Shown: one piece after another, positions 13,034 to 26,010 of the stretch
How positions within the stretch are numbered: the first letter of the stretch is position 1
Layout of the letters: each line of letters opens with the position of its first letter
Source of the DNA: Pelomyxa schiedti
Lineage: Eukaryota; Protista; Evosea
NCBI GenBank assembly: GCA_020536535.1
Contig: JAHLWZ010000933.1
Location: forward strand, 1 to 42,707
Length of the DNA: 42,707 nucleotides
Reading direction: 5' to 3'
Program-made: the position numbers and the translations under genes
Notes under the pieces: model-generated
What the model saw: the letters and a program-made list of their open reading frames with translations, nothing else
Told to the model about the DNA's origin: nothing
Databases searched by the model: none

Positions 13034-13183
13034 ACACGGTCACATCTCTTCACCGCCTAGCAGCCGAATTTCCCTGTGGTCGGTGATCACAGTTACACGA
13101 AAATGGCTTCAGGTGAGGTAAACGCAGGGATCCAACACCAACATTCATGTCTCAACGTCATTTTTGTTTCAAAAAGGCTGTAT

Positions 13184-14752
13184 TCACAACCACCTCTTGT
13201 GCTTGAAGAAAAGAAAACCCAGCAGCATGAAAGCAACCAAGCCTCCCACAATGCAGAAGAACGCGGTCGTCGAGCCACATCCCCCGGGCCCGGCCTGCCC
13301 CGGCACCCTCACGTTCATCCCAAACAGCCCCGTCACGCACGACAGCGGCACGAACAGCGTGGCCACTGCCCCGAACGCCTTCATCGTCGCGTTGGCCGCG
13401 TTGGACAGCTCCGCCACCGCGATCGACACCTTGGCCACGTACGTCTGCGACACCGAGTCCAGCAGGCTGTTGCATATCTTGAGCTTCTCCAGCATCCTCA
13501 CCACGTGGTCCAGCACGTCCCTCACGTACAGCTTCACATACGCCCCCACGAGCTCCCCGCCATCTCCTCCCCCCTCGTCGGAGCCAGAGCCGCTGCCCCC
13601 GCCGCCTCGCCCGCCGCCTCGCTGCTTGATGAGGAAGTGGAGGATGGCCCGCTTGGGGAGCAGGCGGCCGACCATGTTGGCGAGGCGCCTGCGGGCGACC
13701 GCGAGGCGGAGCAGCATGTCGTCCTGCTCGCTCTCGCCCAGGACCATGACGAGCTGGTCGAGCGCCTCGCCCTCGACGACTATCTGGTTCACAAACACGA
13801 TGTGCAGGTCGATGATGTGGTCCAGCATCGTGTACAGAACCCACGCCGCGCTGCGTATCCCGCTGGTTCGGTGTATTTGCATCATTGTGTTCTGCAGTGA
13901 CTGTATCTGATTCGATTCATTGATCCATTGATTGAGTGAATGAGTTTAGCATTGACATTTGGAATTGGTCATGGTCATCGTCGTATTATTGTCCCCGTGT
14001 TTCATGTTCAAAGTTAGTGTGAAGCACAACAGCCATTTTGTTATTTGATTATTCACCATAGCAACGAAATTAATATTACACAGGAGTTGTACATACGGGA
14101 GTGGCATGAAAACTCACAACCAAATCGGCAAACAGTACTATCACTACGTTGACCTGCGAAAAAAAAAGTGGAAAATAAGTTCTACTGCATGAGTTCAAGT
14201 TCAGAGTAGCACACATTCTCTAGTATGTTTGTCTGAGGACGATAATGGGCCTCACTCATCACCACAACCAGGTACCGGTCAAAGGATTCCGTTTTCTCAC
14301 GAGAGTCAGGATTTAAGCAATCCTCAATAGTTAGAGTGTGCATGTTGAGTGCATTGCCAATACTAGTGATCTCCTCCACATTGGCTCCTTGCACCTGTAT
14401 CAGTGAGTATAATATAAACAACTTTTCGGCATCGTTACTTACATCAACCCAAACAGCTTCTTCTGTCTGAGGTGAAACAAAAAATCCCTGAGCTAGCAAT
14501 TCCGGCACATTGAACACGTGAGACCCATTGTAGCGCCCACCACCACCCATAATTGTCACAAAGGGCCTCCCGGCATTGGCGTAGGTCTCTGCAAATCGGG
14601 ATGCGCGCATTAGCTCACGTCCAACAGCCAACTTCTTTCAACTGACCTGCCAAATCAGCATGTGCTTGCAATTCACTGCTGTTTGTGTACACCACCTTCT
14701 TAAACAGCCCTCCCACCCCGTTGCCGTCGTTGCTCTCTCCACCCTGAGACAT
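13184..14752 (-). CDS. CorA-family magnesium transporter (ALR/MNR2-like)
   Basis: HTLTIEDCL...REKTESFDRY, YTMLDHIID, TGLFGMNVRVPG (GMN motif) and two C-terminal TM helices; start approximate. Confidence 0.92.
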
Positions 14753-14897
14753 CACCTCCTCACATTCACTTTGGCACAGCACTAAACCACATAAACAAAA
14801 TAATACGCAAAGGGAAATGCCTTACTAAAGAACATCGGTAATTTGGCGCAGTTGCTTTGGCACAACGCCAAATTTGTATTCATTTGGCCATTTTACC

Positions 14898-17121
14898 TTA
14901 AAAGCGCACGTGGGCGGCATTGGCTTTAGTTGTTATTGCTGCTGTCTGGCGTGCTGGTGATGCAGAAGGGAATCGTTGGTGAGAGGGTGTATTTTGGGAG
15001 CCTGAGGGTGTCGTTGTTGTGGGTTTAATTGCTATTGTATTGGGAGAGAACCGTTGGTGACTTGGGGCTGTTCTTGTGGGTGCTGTATTGCGTTGGTTGG
15101 TTGTCATTGGCGATTTCGGTGATGCAGAGGGGGAGGATGAGGATGGGAAGCGGATGTGCGCTGATGGCTGGGATGCTGAGATTATGGCCCCGGTTTTGTA
15201 TCTCGAGGGTGGTGGAGGCATTCTTGGCCTCGGCGGTTGTGATGCTGAGTAGCGAGGCCGCGGTGCTGGTTTTGGTGTTTCTTCAAGTGCTGCCGCTGTT
15301 TCTGCTTCTGCTTCTGTTTGCGAGGGTGGCGGTGGCGGTGGTGGTTTTGGAGCCTTCTTCTTGGGTTCTCGGTGCACAACGATCTTCTTGAAGGTGGCAG
15401 GATTTCGTGACAGAATCACGTGGAGCTTCTTTGGGTTGCCGCTTGTCTTGGGTGTTTCCGCACCACCTCCAGACGTTGGATTTTTAGGTGCTGGCTTTAC
15501 TGGCGAGGGCCTTGTCGGTGACTTAGGAAGGGGTTTCTTTTTTGGTAGTTCCACCTTTCCTCCGGGGTTGTTCAATTTTGCTGCTTTTGCTGCATTCACC
15601 TCAGACTGAACTTTCCTGATTTTTTCCGATTGGTAACCGTGTGTTGGAGTGGTTAAAGTTACTTGGAAAACTCAGTAACACGTATTTGCCTTCCGTTTAT
15701 CTGAGACTCGTGTTTTGCCAAGGCAAGGGGGACAGAGTAACCATCCTGAGCTGATTTTTAGTAATTCAGTTACAATTCCCTTCTTACCTCGAAGTCCACA
15801 AATGCAACGCCAGTACAAAGACCAGAACTCTTGTCACGGATGACGTATACAGCTTTTATTTCCCCACAGTCTGCAAAGTGTTCCCTAATTTCGTCATCCT
15901 TGATTTCTTGCATTTTTCAATGAGTAGATGTCCAAGTGAGAAAAGACTCTTTTTACTCACTGTAGGGAATGTTGCCCACAACCACTGATGATTTGGGATC
16001 AGCACTTGGGGGTTCCTTAAAAAAGTGTTAGAAACGCCTTTCACAGCACTGAATTGCATACAGCTGCTGCTGTAACTCGAATAGTGTGCCCATGAAAAGA
16101 CGTGTTATTCAGAGTGATTGCTTTTGAAAGGCCTTCAGCTGTGTCAAATTTTATATATGCATTGATGCAATCACTTGAAAGAATTAAGCAGGTAAAGAGT
16201 ATTATCAAGTGAAGCATACCTTTCTTTATTAATCAGGTTGGAAATTATTGCCTGTTTTTTCGAGATATCCTTAGTAACAGGAACACTCCTGAATCGCACT
16301 GAAGATATAGAACCGCATTCAGCAAACAACTTTTTTAGTGCCTAAAAATAAAATAAAAAAAAAAGAGTCAGTACGAACTGAAACAAGAACCATCCAAATA
16401 AACCCTCCGAAAACAAAACCAACCACGTAACAACGACAGCAACAGCAACAACCTTCTTCTTTGTCTTCACAGGCAAGTTCCCCACAAATGCAGTGTTCTC
16501 GGTCATTTCCATCTCCGTTTCCTCCGGCGACCTCCTGGGCCTCTTCCTAGGCGGCCGGGTCCCGCGCGCCCCCTCGCTCTCCCCCTCCCCATCTCCCTCT
16601 CCCTCTCCCTCTCCCTGTGGCGCTGGGGGTGGTGCCCTTCGGTCCGCTGGCCGGCCGGCCCCCGCGCCCCTCGCCGTGCCTGGTTTCATGCGGGGCGGGG
16701 GCCTCCTTGGCCTCTCCTCGTCCTCGTCCTCGTCCTCTGCCCTGCCGCCCCTGGCATCCCCCTCCTCGTAGTCGTCGTAGTCCTCGTCCTCGGACGAGTC
16801 GGTCACGTCACCCTCGTTGGGCCTGGGCCTCTTTGTGCGCCACGCGTTCGGCGCCCCTCGGCCGCCCCGCTCGTCCCCGTCTTCCTCGTCGTCGTCGTCG
16901 CCCCGGTCCCCCTTGTGGTCCCTGTCTTGGCTCAGGAAGTGCTGCGTGCGCCGCTTCTGGCGCTCGATCTCGCGCTGTCGTTCCTTGTCAAGCAGCGCCT
17001 GCCTCTCCCGCTCGTTGCGGGGCGCCGACGGCGATGAAGCTGTGGCCGCGGCCCCGAATGCGCCCGATACTGCGGGAATGGAGTCGTTGCGCGACACACC
17101 CAGAAGCGCACTGATGGACAT
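14898..17121 (-). CDS. Two-RRM nucleolar RNA-binding protein (RBM34/Nop12-like)
   Basis: TAFVGNLP, SVRFRSVP, NAYIKF (RRM1); VVVGNIPY, VIRDKSSGLCTGVAFVDF (RRM2); acidic/basic N-terminus and Lys/Pro-rich C-terminus. Confidence 0.8.
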
Positions 17122-17239
17122 CGAATTAGCGTTAATTAAGCCGGTGTGCAACTGTGATTTTGATTTCGGAAAAAAAAAGGCGAGGGGCCCCTAGTAGTTT
17201 CCCAAGTCTTGTTACGAAGAGTCGGATGTGGTTGTTGTG

Positions 17240-18800
17240 GTTTTGGTGGTCTGCTGTATGAGTTTCAGTGTTACCTCCAGCGCTTTGGCTTTTGTTACGC
17301 TAGTGAAGTGGTTAGGTGTCAGACTGCAGGAGGTTGTTTGATACTCACTTGCACCAATGTGTCTGAGAGCATTGTGTTACTGCTGCAAGCAACTTCACGC
17401 GTTCAGCGCCTGGCATGTATTGTACAAAGTATTTGTTGCCAGAAAGTACTAGACCAGCTTTTACTATCTACGAGCATTGTGAGCGAAAAAAACCACCAAC
17501 CAAAGCGTAACCAAGACATTGCATGACTCTATTGCTGCAACTACAAGACTACAGATTCGAGAGATGAACTCTGGCAGCACGTCAGTACATAGGACAGAGA
17601 GAACAATGAAATCCAATTCAGCTAGTAGCCTGGCTTGTTGAATACCAGTATTTTGTGGCCAACGCTTTCCGAGAATCCCTGCAAAGAACTGAAATACGAC
17701 TTAGTGATGCACAAAAATTCTTTATCAAGTAAATACTGGCTGCGCAAGTGCTCGCTCTTTTTTCAATATATGAACTGTGCACCCAACCAAGGTACCACAA
17801 TACGAACTGTAACATCTCCTTATGTGTAGTGGGATGATAATATGCTGCACTACAGTTAACAACAACGAAAAAAGTTGTGTGGCCACATAATTAAAGGATG
17901 CAAGTTCTTCTTGTCCCATTCCGTCTATGAGCCTAAACAGTAACAGTATGCGGACTATTAACGTGAATGAGTTACCTTAGATCAGTTACCAGGAGAAGTT
18001 CTTTTGTGCCTTTTGCAGTTCCTCCAGATGCGGTGATATGCAACATGTTCAGAATGCCACTTTTGACACATTGTGTACTCCTTTTGCTTCCTTTAATAAG
18101 TATCTTTAGTCTTGAGTGAGAGGAAAGGTAATGGGAAAACTATGCAACCGCGTGCAAGAGCCTAACTACCTATTTTTATGTTACTCATAGATAGGGATAA
18201 AGAGTACAAGCTACCATAAGCTTTTCTTTGTCACTTGAGATCATCAACCGCATCAGCAGTTGTTCAATAAAAGAAGATGTAACCCAAGGTATTACAGCCT
18301 GTGGGACAGAGTGAACCCATTCCTCTTGTTATGTCAGTAATAATTGCAAAGGGAAATCTCACCAAGACGAAGAAAGCATGTCTATGGGGTTTTAACTAAA
18401 TAACATTTAGAACGAATTCACAATTCTGGCCGCTTCTGTGTCTACATCCCCAGTTGTCATCATCCCTTTTTTTGGTCCCTCGGTGACACTGTCCTCAACT
18501 GCATCACTTGGTTGTTGAGATCCACTGTATCCAGCACAAACAAATACTGTGGGCCAAAACTACTGACGAGGAAACACAGATAGATTCCCAAGGTTAGGCA
18601 AAGTTGCTAACAATGTGCACCTAAGATGCAACCCAAGTGAGTACCTTTGTTTCAATGAATGACTTCACTTCCCACAACGTATCCGTCATCTGAGATCTAG
18701 TCCTTGTTTATCGCCCGGTCTGAGATCTTGTGTGCCTCACACCACTGTAATATTTTTCCCCACATCTGTCACACTTGTTCCCCTGCCTGCCAATTGCGTT
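17240..18800 (-). pseudogene. Possible degenerate or highly fragmented gene of unknown function
   Basis: Short coding-like minus-strand segments (e.g. MGQEELASFNYVATQLF) interrupted by stops that I could not resolve as introns. Confidence 0.2.
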
Positions 18801-18960
18801 TTTTTTAAGTTTTGTTTTTTTAAATCGGTGACAGCACTCCCCTGCGTCCCTCAAAACAACACGAACTAGATCACAGTTACCATAAAATAAAAAAAATTCC
18901 GTTCGGTGGTGAGTTGTTTTTTCGGCAAATCCCCAAAGTGAAGTGGTTTGTATTCGTGTG

Positions 18961-20424
18961 ATGATGGCGACAAGTGGGACGCAACAGCCAACGACAGCGG
19001 CGTTTGACGCACCGCCGCCGATCTACAGGCAACCGCCGCCTGCAAACCAGCCGTCACTGGTAGACCAACTTCTTTGTGGCACGTCTCCGCCTGCGAACAA
19101 CGCTGTTTTGTCTGGGTCTGCGTCGTCCCCTCCACCCGGGGCTCCGCCGCCGCCCCCGGCTGCTCTTGACTCTTCCCCGCCATCTTACGGTGTTGTTTCA
19201 CAGCAGCGGCCCGGCAACCCTCCGCCGCCGCCTCCTCCGTTTGCTTCTGGTAATCCCATCACTCCTGCTACCAACCCCGCACCTCCGCCTGTCGTGCAAC
19301 AACCTTTGTCTATGTCGGCAATCGAGGTGTCCCATCAGCCCCTCGCGCCGCCGAACATGGTGATGGCGCAACAGCAGCCACTTTCGGCATCCGCTCTTGG
19401 CGTTGGGCAACCCCATCCACTGTCTGCAAGTATGTCTGGCCCCCCGCCGCAATACTTGCAGATGCAACGCAATCCCAGTCAATTTCCTCCAGCCACACAA
19501 CGTCAAACCTCCGTATCACCTCCTAGGGGAAATCCTTCACAATCTCAACCCTCTGGCCCATTTCAACTACTTCAGGCATTTCTTGGACCACCCCAACCAC
19601 AACAACGTGGAGCTCCACAACCAGTGCAGGCCCAACCCGCACAAAGGGGGATGCCCTGGGGTTCTGGCCCACCCCCAGTTACACAACAACAAATATCCCC
19701 ACAGATGCCAGTGGTTTTTCCGGGTATGCCTCCCCAAATGTATTCTACCACATATCCACCCCAAGTACTTTTCAACAGTCAACCCCCGCAAACCCAACAG
19801 CAGCTGCATCAGTTTCATCAATACCAACAACAGCAATTGATGCAACTCCAGCAGCAGCAGTTACATCAGGGCCCGCAATCCCAAGTTGCAAACAATTACC
19901 AACCACAAGTACTTCAAATTCCAGCGCAAACAAAATCCCAGCAGGTACCCATATCACAACTGCAGCAGTCCACACTAGGATATCAACAAATTTCTACAGG
20001 AGGAAACCAACCTGCACAGCCTTCCCAGATTCAACCACCGTCAGCTACCCCGCAGCAAGTACAAACACAGGTATCACAAGCAGCACCCACTAGCCAAAAT
20101 TGTGTACCTAGCAATACAGAGCCAATGACACAAGTCCCACTCAAACAGGTAAGCCAAACAAATCAATCACAATATCCCCCTCCACCACCCCAATCACAAT
20201 TGCAACCGCAGCCACAAGCACCGGCGCAGTCACAACCACAAGTACCGGCGCAGCTTCAGGCACCACCACAGCCACAGCCACAACAACAAATGCAGCTACA
20301 ACCGCAGTCCCAAATGCAGACCCAGCTGCAGTCACAGCCACAACCGCAGCTACAACCGCAAGTGCAACCGCAACCACCACTGTCACAACCACAACTGCAG
20401 ACACAACAAGACCAGGTACAGGCG

Positions 20425-20461
<37 letters not shown>

Positions 20462-23268
20462 AGGCGCAGGCGCAGGCGCAGGCGCAGGCGCAGGCGCAGG
20501 CGCAGGCACAAGCACAAGCACAAGCACAAGCACAAGCACAAGCACATGCCCAGGCGCAATTGCCACTGCAGCCTCAAGCCCAGCTCCAGTCACAAGTCCC
20601 ACCACAACCGCAATTGCAACCACAATTACCCCCACAATCACTAACACAGCCGCAATATCAGCTCCAACCTCCAGCTCCGCAAACCCAAGTCCAATTTACA
20701 CAGTCTCAGCAAACGCAACTACAGCAACAAGTTCGACAGCCAGGAATGCAGCAGGCACAACAACAGCAGGGGCAACCACTACCTCAAAACAGTCTTCCAA
20801 ACAACCAATCCTCGGTTCAAAATCAAGTATCAGTCACCCAGCCAAAAGTTCTCCCTCAAAAACAACAATCACAGCCTCAAATTAATACCGCACAGCAGGC
20901 CGTTCCTTCGACATCTTCTCCCATTAATCCGCTATTGACCCTTCCACAACCACCACAACAACCCCCTCAAGTCCTTCATCAACTCCCGCAGCTTCCTCAA
21001 CAACAGAAATTACCGCGGCAAAACGCTCCAAGTGATTTCAACCTTCAGTTGGGGCTTCTTAAATCCCAATTTGAAACTGTACCTATTGATACATTGCGGC
21101 AAACATTGAAGAAAAGTGGTTCATATACCTCAGCATTGGAAACTCTCCAAACGTTGTACCCTGTACAACAAATATCACAAACTCCGCCCGCAAAAACCCC
21201 TGTTGCCATCGGGACTCTACTACTCCCACCACAACCCCTACCAGCAACTCTACGTGGAAGTGCGATAACACAATGGAGAACTCTTCACGAATACGAAGAG
21301 CAACTGAGAACTTTCGCTGAAGATTTAGAAACCAAGCGGTTTTTGCTGCAGCAGAGAGAAACAGCTTTGCTCGCAAGAGAGAAGGTTTCTTCTTGAAGTT
21401 TTATGTTTCACTAACCTTGTCTCAAAACAGCAACTTGAAGAGTTTTTGAAACCCAGGACTAACGTACCGCAACCTGCGCCATACCCTCAACAACAGTTAT
21501 CTGCACCTCAACCGCCTCTGACTATACCACAGCAACTTACACCATCAAATATCGTCCAGCCTACCACCTCTCAACCAAATGTGCCACAATCTACACAACC
21601 TACTCCAAATCTACCGAAAGCGGTTCCACAGCAGGTCTCTGCTACCCCTGTTGTAGCACAACCTGCAATGCCAACCTCAGCGCGAACAACAAAGATTTTG
21701 ACTTCTTCAGTTGGTACTGTCCCTGCTAACAACATTCCAGAATTGCCATTCGATTTGAGTAAACTACCTGCTTTTTTCAAGTGAGTATTTATGACATAGT
21801 CAGATTGGACTGACCCTATTCTCTAGTTTTTCTGGATTATCAAAGCGGTTTAGTTGCGGGTATTCTATGTGCTCTAGGGTTGTTCTGTCAAGAGACGATC
21901 CCCTCACAACGTGCTCCAGGTTCATTTTGTACTGTCGTTAAATGCTAAACTCTTTCCTTTATTAGATGTAAGAAAATATTCTGTCCCGAACATTCTGGTG
22001 TATTAACTATAATTATTCCGACTACTTGTATTAAGGGACAAGTTGTTCAACCTTTTGCAATCTGTTTATTGTGCTCTGAAGTGTCCAAGCAACTGCCAGG
22101 TGGGAAAAATGGAACCCATAAAATACCTCTCACGTTGTGCAGGACAATCAAGAGATCTGAGTACCAAATTTAAGGAAGTAAGAGCAACAACCCGCCAAAA
22201 GCGGGAAGTGGAATGTGGCCAATGGTTGGAGAAAGTGACACCGTCATTATGCCTGGTTGGTTCCCGGATCCTTCATGTTTCAGTTAACATGTGATAGCTT
22301 TCTAACTTACAAGAAACCAGCATCCCTGGAAGTATAAGTAAACTCAATCCGTTCAAGAATGTAGTATTTAGGAAAGATGCAATTACCAATTGTGGCCAAT
22401 GTGGGTACGAGAAGTTTCAATCTAAGAAAAATTGCCTGAGGTTTTTGTAAAGGACACGCTTTGATCGCCTTGACGTCAAGCATCCATGCGTTTTATGTGG
22501 ATGTGTTCTATGCAATAAATGTGGGAGTAAGCAATACCCTCTGGATCCTTTATGGATTGCTTCCGCTTTTGTTTCAGAAAAAGGTTTGTTGACACTCGTG
22601 ACACCCCCTTAATTTCATAGACGGAGTGGGCATCCTCAAAGTTTCTCTCTGCCAAATCTGTGCTCAGAGGGTTACTTACTTTGAGCACAAAACGCAAGTA
22701 GAAAAGTGGAGTGTCGATGCTCCTAAACTTCCCATTCTTTCAAAATATTCGTGTGTTCTTTTTTCTTTTTTTTCTTTCTGACTGGCTGTACAGAGAATTT
22801 GTCCATATGAAACAAAATATAGAATCAGAACTTTGTATTTTAGTCGAGATGTGTCAGAGGCTGGAATCACCCTCTACAAAGGTGGATGATGAACAGCTTA
22901 AAGTACACATCCACCTCTTTTTTTGGATGATTTGGCCAGAACACTTACCACACTGTAGTCTATTGTGAATCTACAAACAAGCCTAAAAGAGTCATTTGTC
23001 AAATACTATGGGATGTTCACCTGGATTGCGGCCCAGCACAAAGAAGCCGGAGAAAACAGATCAGCGGTATCCATGTACTCACTTCTTAAAACTTGGGCTG
23101 CTAGTGACATCAATGAGAAAAAGGCAGTCTTTCTGAGGTGCCAAAATGTACGTGATGATCACCCCATAAAAACCCAATTTCGGCCAGCACTCACCTCTCA
23201 CACCACAGACTTTGCAACGTGTGGCTGCAGAGAATGCCAAAAGAAACCAGAGCACCACTGGTTCATAA
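18961..23268 (+). CDS. Gln/Pro-rich protein with CUE-like domain and rabenosyn-5/Vac1(Pep7)-like zinc-finger C-terminus
   Basis: First exon of about 810 aa, Q/P-rich, with LKSQFETVPIDTLRQTL (CUE-like). Later exons give TCSRCKKIFCPEH, RDLSTKFKEVRA and NCGQCG...HPCVLCGCVLCNKC...LCQIC (FYVE-like Cys pattern). Final exon inferred to end ...NQSTTGS*. Confidence 0.6.
20414..20545 (+). repeat. (CARGCR)n hexanucleotide coding repeat, poly-(Gln-Ala)
   Basis: About 20 tandem CAGGCA/CAGGCG/CAAGCA units in homogeneous sub-blocks. Confidence 0.95.
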
Positions 23269-23358
23269 TTTTCACTATTCCCCTTCAAATAAAGCCTTTT
23301 TTTTTTATTTCCTTCTTGTTGGCCAAACGAAGAAAACTATTGACGCACCACCTCGCAC

Positions 23359-23584
23359 GAGTCAGTAATGGTGCTCTTGCTTGGCTTCTGTGAGGGTACT
23401 CCTGGGGTGTTTGTAGGAGTGCGGACCTTCTCCCGCGTTGTTCCGTGAACAGAGACGTTCCGTGAAATCAGAGGATTACCCTAAGTCAGACTGTTGAGGG
23501 CTCTCTCAGAATTACACCCACCGTGCATCCTAGTCCCTCATGTATGAACCACGGGGCACGGAGTCTGGGGCCATCAGCTGACCC
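23359..23584 (-). ncRNA. Candidate structured, pseudoknotted ncRNA (about 226 nt), class unassigned
   Basis: 13-bp terminal helix 23571-23584/23359-23371 with G-U pairs only on the - strand; further helices 23562-67/23487-92, 23556-61/23521-26 and 23472-82/23393-403; crossing pair 23503-11/23386-94. Intergenic. Confidence 0.55.
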
Positions 23585-23715
23585 AGAATGGGAAAAGAGA
23601 AAAAAATGACAACGTGGGCACCTTCGTTGTTACGCCATCCCTCACTTTTAACAAGCAACAAAAAACACTACAACAATAAAAAGACAACAGACTACAAACA
23701 AGCAAAAGGAACTAA

Positions 23716-24394
<679 letters not shown>

Positions 24395-24645
24395 GTGTTC
24401 TATGTTCGTACTTCGAAGTGTCCTTCATCCATGAATAACTGTGAATGATGTAATATTTGTCTCCCAAAAAAAAAAAGAACTTTCACACCACTTGTTCGGT
24501 GCTTCCTTTGTTTTCAAATCCATTTCCACACCACTTGTTCTAATCCGACAAGCTGGTTACAATAATGACCATTGTAGGTAATAATAACCAGGCAGGACAA
24601 TCAGACCTTTTCATTCTTTGAAGGCGAAAACTGTTCGGAACACCG

Positions 24646-25927
24646 ATGGCTGCAGTTCTCCTTGTGTTGTGTTTTGTGGTTGCCACAGCGGCAGTCAACC
24701 AAAGGCCAATTGTGGGAGTGTTAAGTGCCCCGTATGACGAAGGCGTTCCTGTCGAGGGATCATTTTTTGTTCAAACCTATGTGCAGTGGCTGGAACAACT
24801 TGGAATAAGGTTTGTTTCCTCCTTTGGGAAGCTAACAACATAAATTTCTATCACAAAAGAGTTGCTCCAATATTTTATGACGCTCCTCAGAGTGAACTGA
24901 AGAGAATGTGGCAAAGCCTCAATGGTGCACACTTAATTTTCAATCATCGAAAATTGATTTGATGCTGTTTGACAAGGAATCCTATTCACTGGAGGAGAAC
25001 TGACTCTCTACCCAAATACCACATACTTCCAAACTGCACAATATTTGTACGATTTGACTGTTGATGCTAATTTGGAAGGGGACACTTTCCCTGTATGCTG
25101 AAGTTTGATACTTTGACTCCCATTCCCATTTTTGAAAGAGCTTTGTTCCAAACAAAAAATAGATATGGGGAATTTGTATGGGAATGCAGCTTCTCAGTAT
25201 TCTAGCTGCACAAAGTCAAGGTAAAAAAAATGAAACAACCCTTTACTGGCTAATGGTTTCCCAGACATTCTCGAGCGGAATGCCTTCGATTCAGAGAATC
25301 TTCCTCTTCCTTTGGAATTTACTGATGAGGCATACACAAGTTACCTCTTTGGGTCAGCGCCAGATAAGATAATGCAGATCTTCGCCACTGAGAATGTCAC
25401 AATGAACCTTCATCACGATGGTGTAACGCCAGATGGCTACAATGGTTAAAACGGCCTTAAAATTTTCATGCAACTCATTTTACTAGGAAATCCCAACATA
25501 CAGAATGTCTTTAATGTACTCTCCACAAACAAAGATAGACAAGGGAAGGAGTTTCTCAGCACACTAGAGGGCAAAGTGTGTTTCCACTCATAATTAAGGA
25601 CACCAAATCATTGAACACAGAACATGCCTCTCTTTGGTGTTCAATGGCACCCGGAACGAACGCAATTCTTTTGGGATACTGATGAGGACACAGTGCACTC
25701 GGCTCATGCAGTGATGGCAATTGCTTATGTAGCACAGCGGTGAGTTTCCATTCCGCTTTCAGATAGTGTGAACTAAGGTCCATTAACTCAGGTTTGCTGT
25801 CGAAGTGAGACTGAATGACCATCACTTTGCCACTGAGGAAGAGGAAACAGAGGCACTCATATACAACTATACACCAACTTATGATGGTGAGGAGAAGAAG
25901 ACCTATCGTTTCCCTCAATACCAGTAG
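24646..25927 (+). CDS. GGH: Gamma-glutamyl hydrolase (peptidase C26), with signal peptide
   Basis: Signal peptide, RPIVGVL, NGILFTGG, IWGICMGMQLL (catalytic Cys), GVQWHPE (His/Glu) and ALIYNYTP; multi-exon. Confidence 0.92.
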
Positions 25928-26010
25928 TCTACTGTACTGGAAAAAAGATTTTGTATTGAATGCTTTTATCTGTTTCTTTTTGCGTTGTGGCAAGAAGTAT
26001 CTTAAGGATC

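Noticed and set aside
13076-13910. Long antisense and alternate-frame ORFs over CorA and other GC-rich blocks
   Set aside because: Shadow ORFs caused by stop-codon depletion in GC-rich coding sequence.
14818-14830. GCCTTACTAAAG as U5 snRNA loop I
   Set aside because: Lacks the invariant GCCUUUUAC and a supporting stem.
23474-23485. TTACCCTAA as a telomerase template
   Set aside because: It lies on the strand opposite to the one favoured by G-U pairing and within a predicted helix; the telomere repeat of this organism is unknown to me.
24482-24541. Short direct repeat TTCACACCACTTGTTC downstream of ARF1
   Set aside because: Two short imperfect copies with no other supporting structure.
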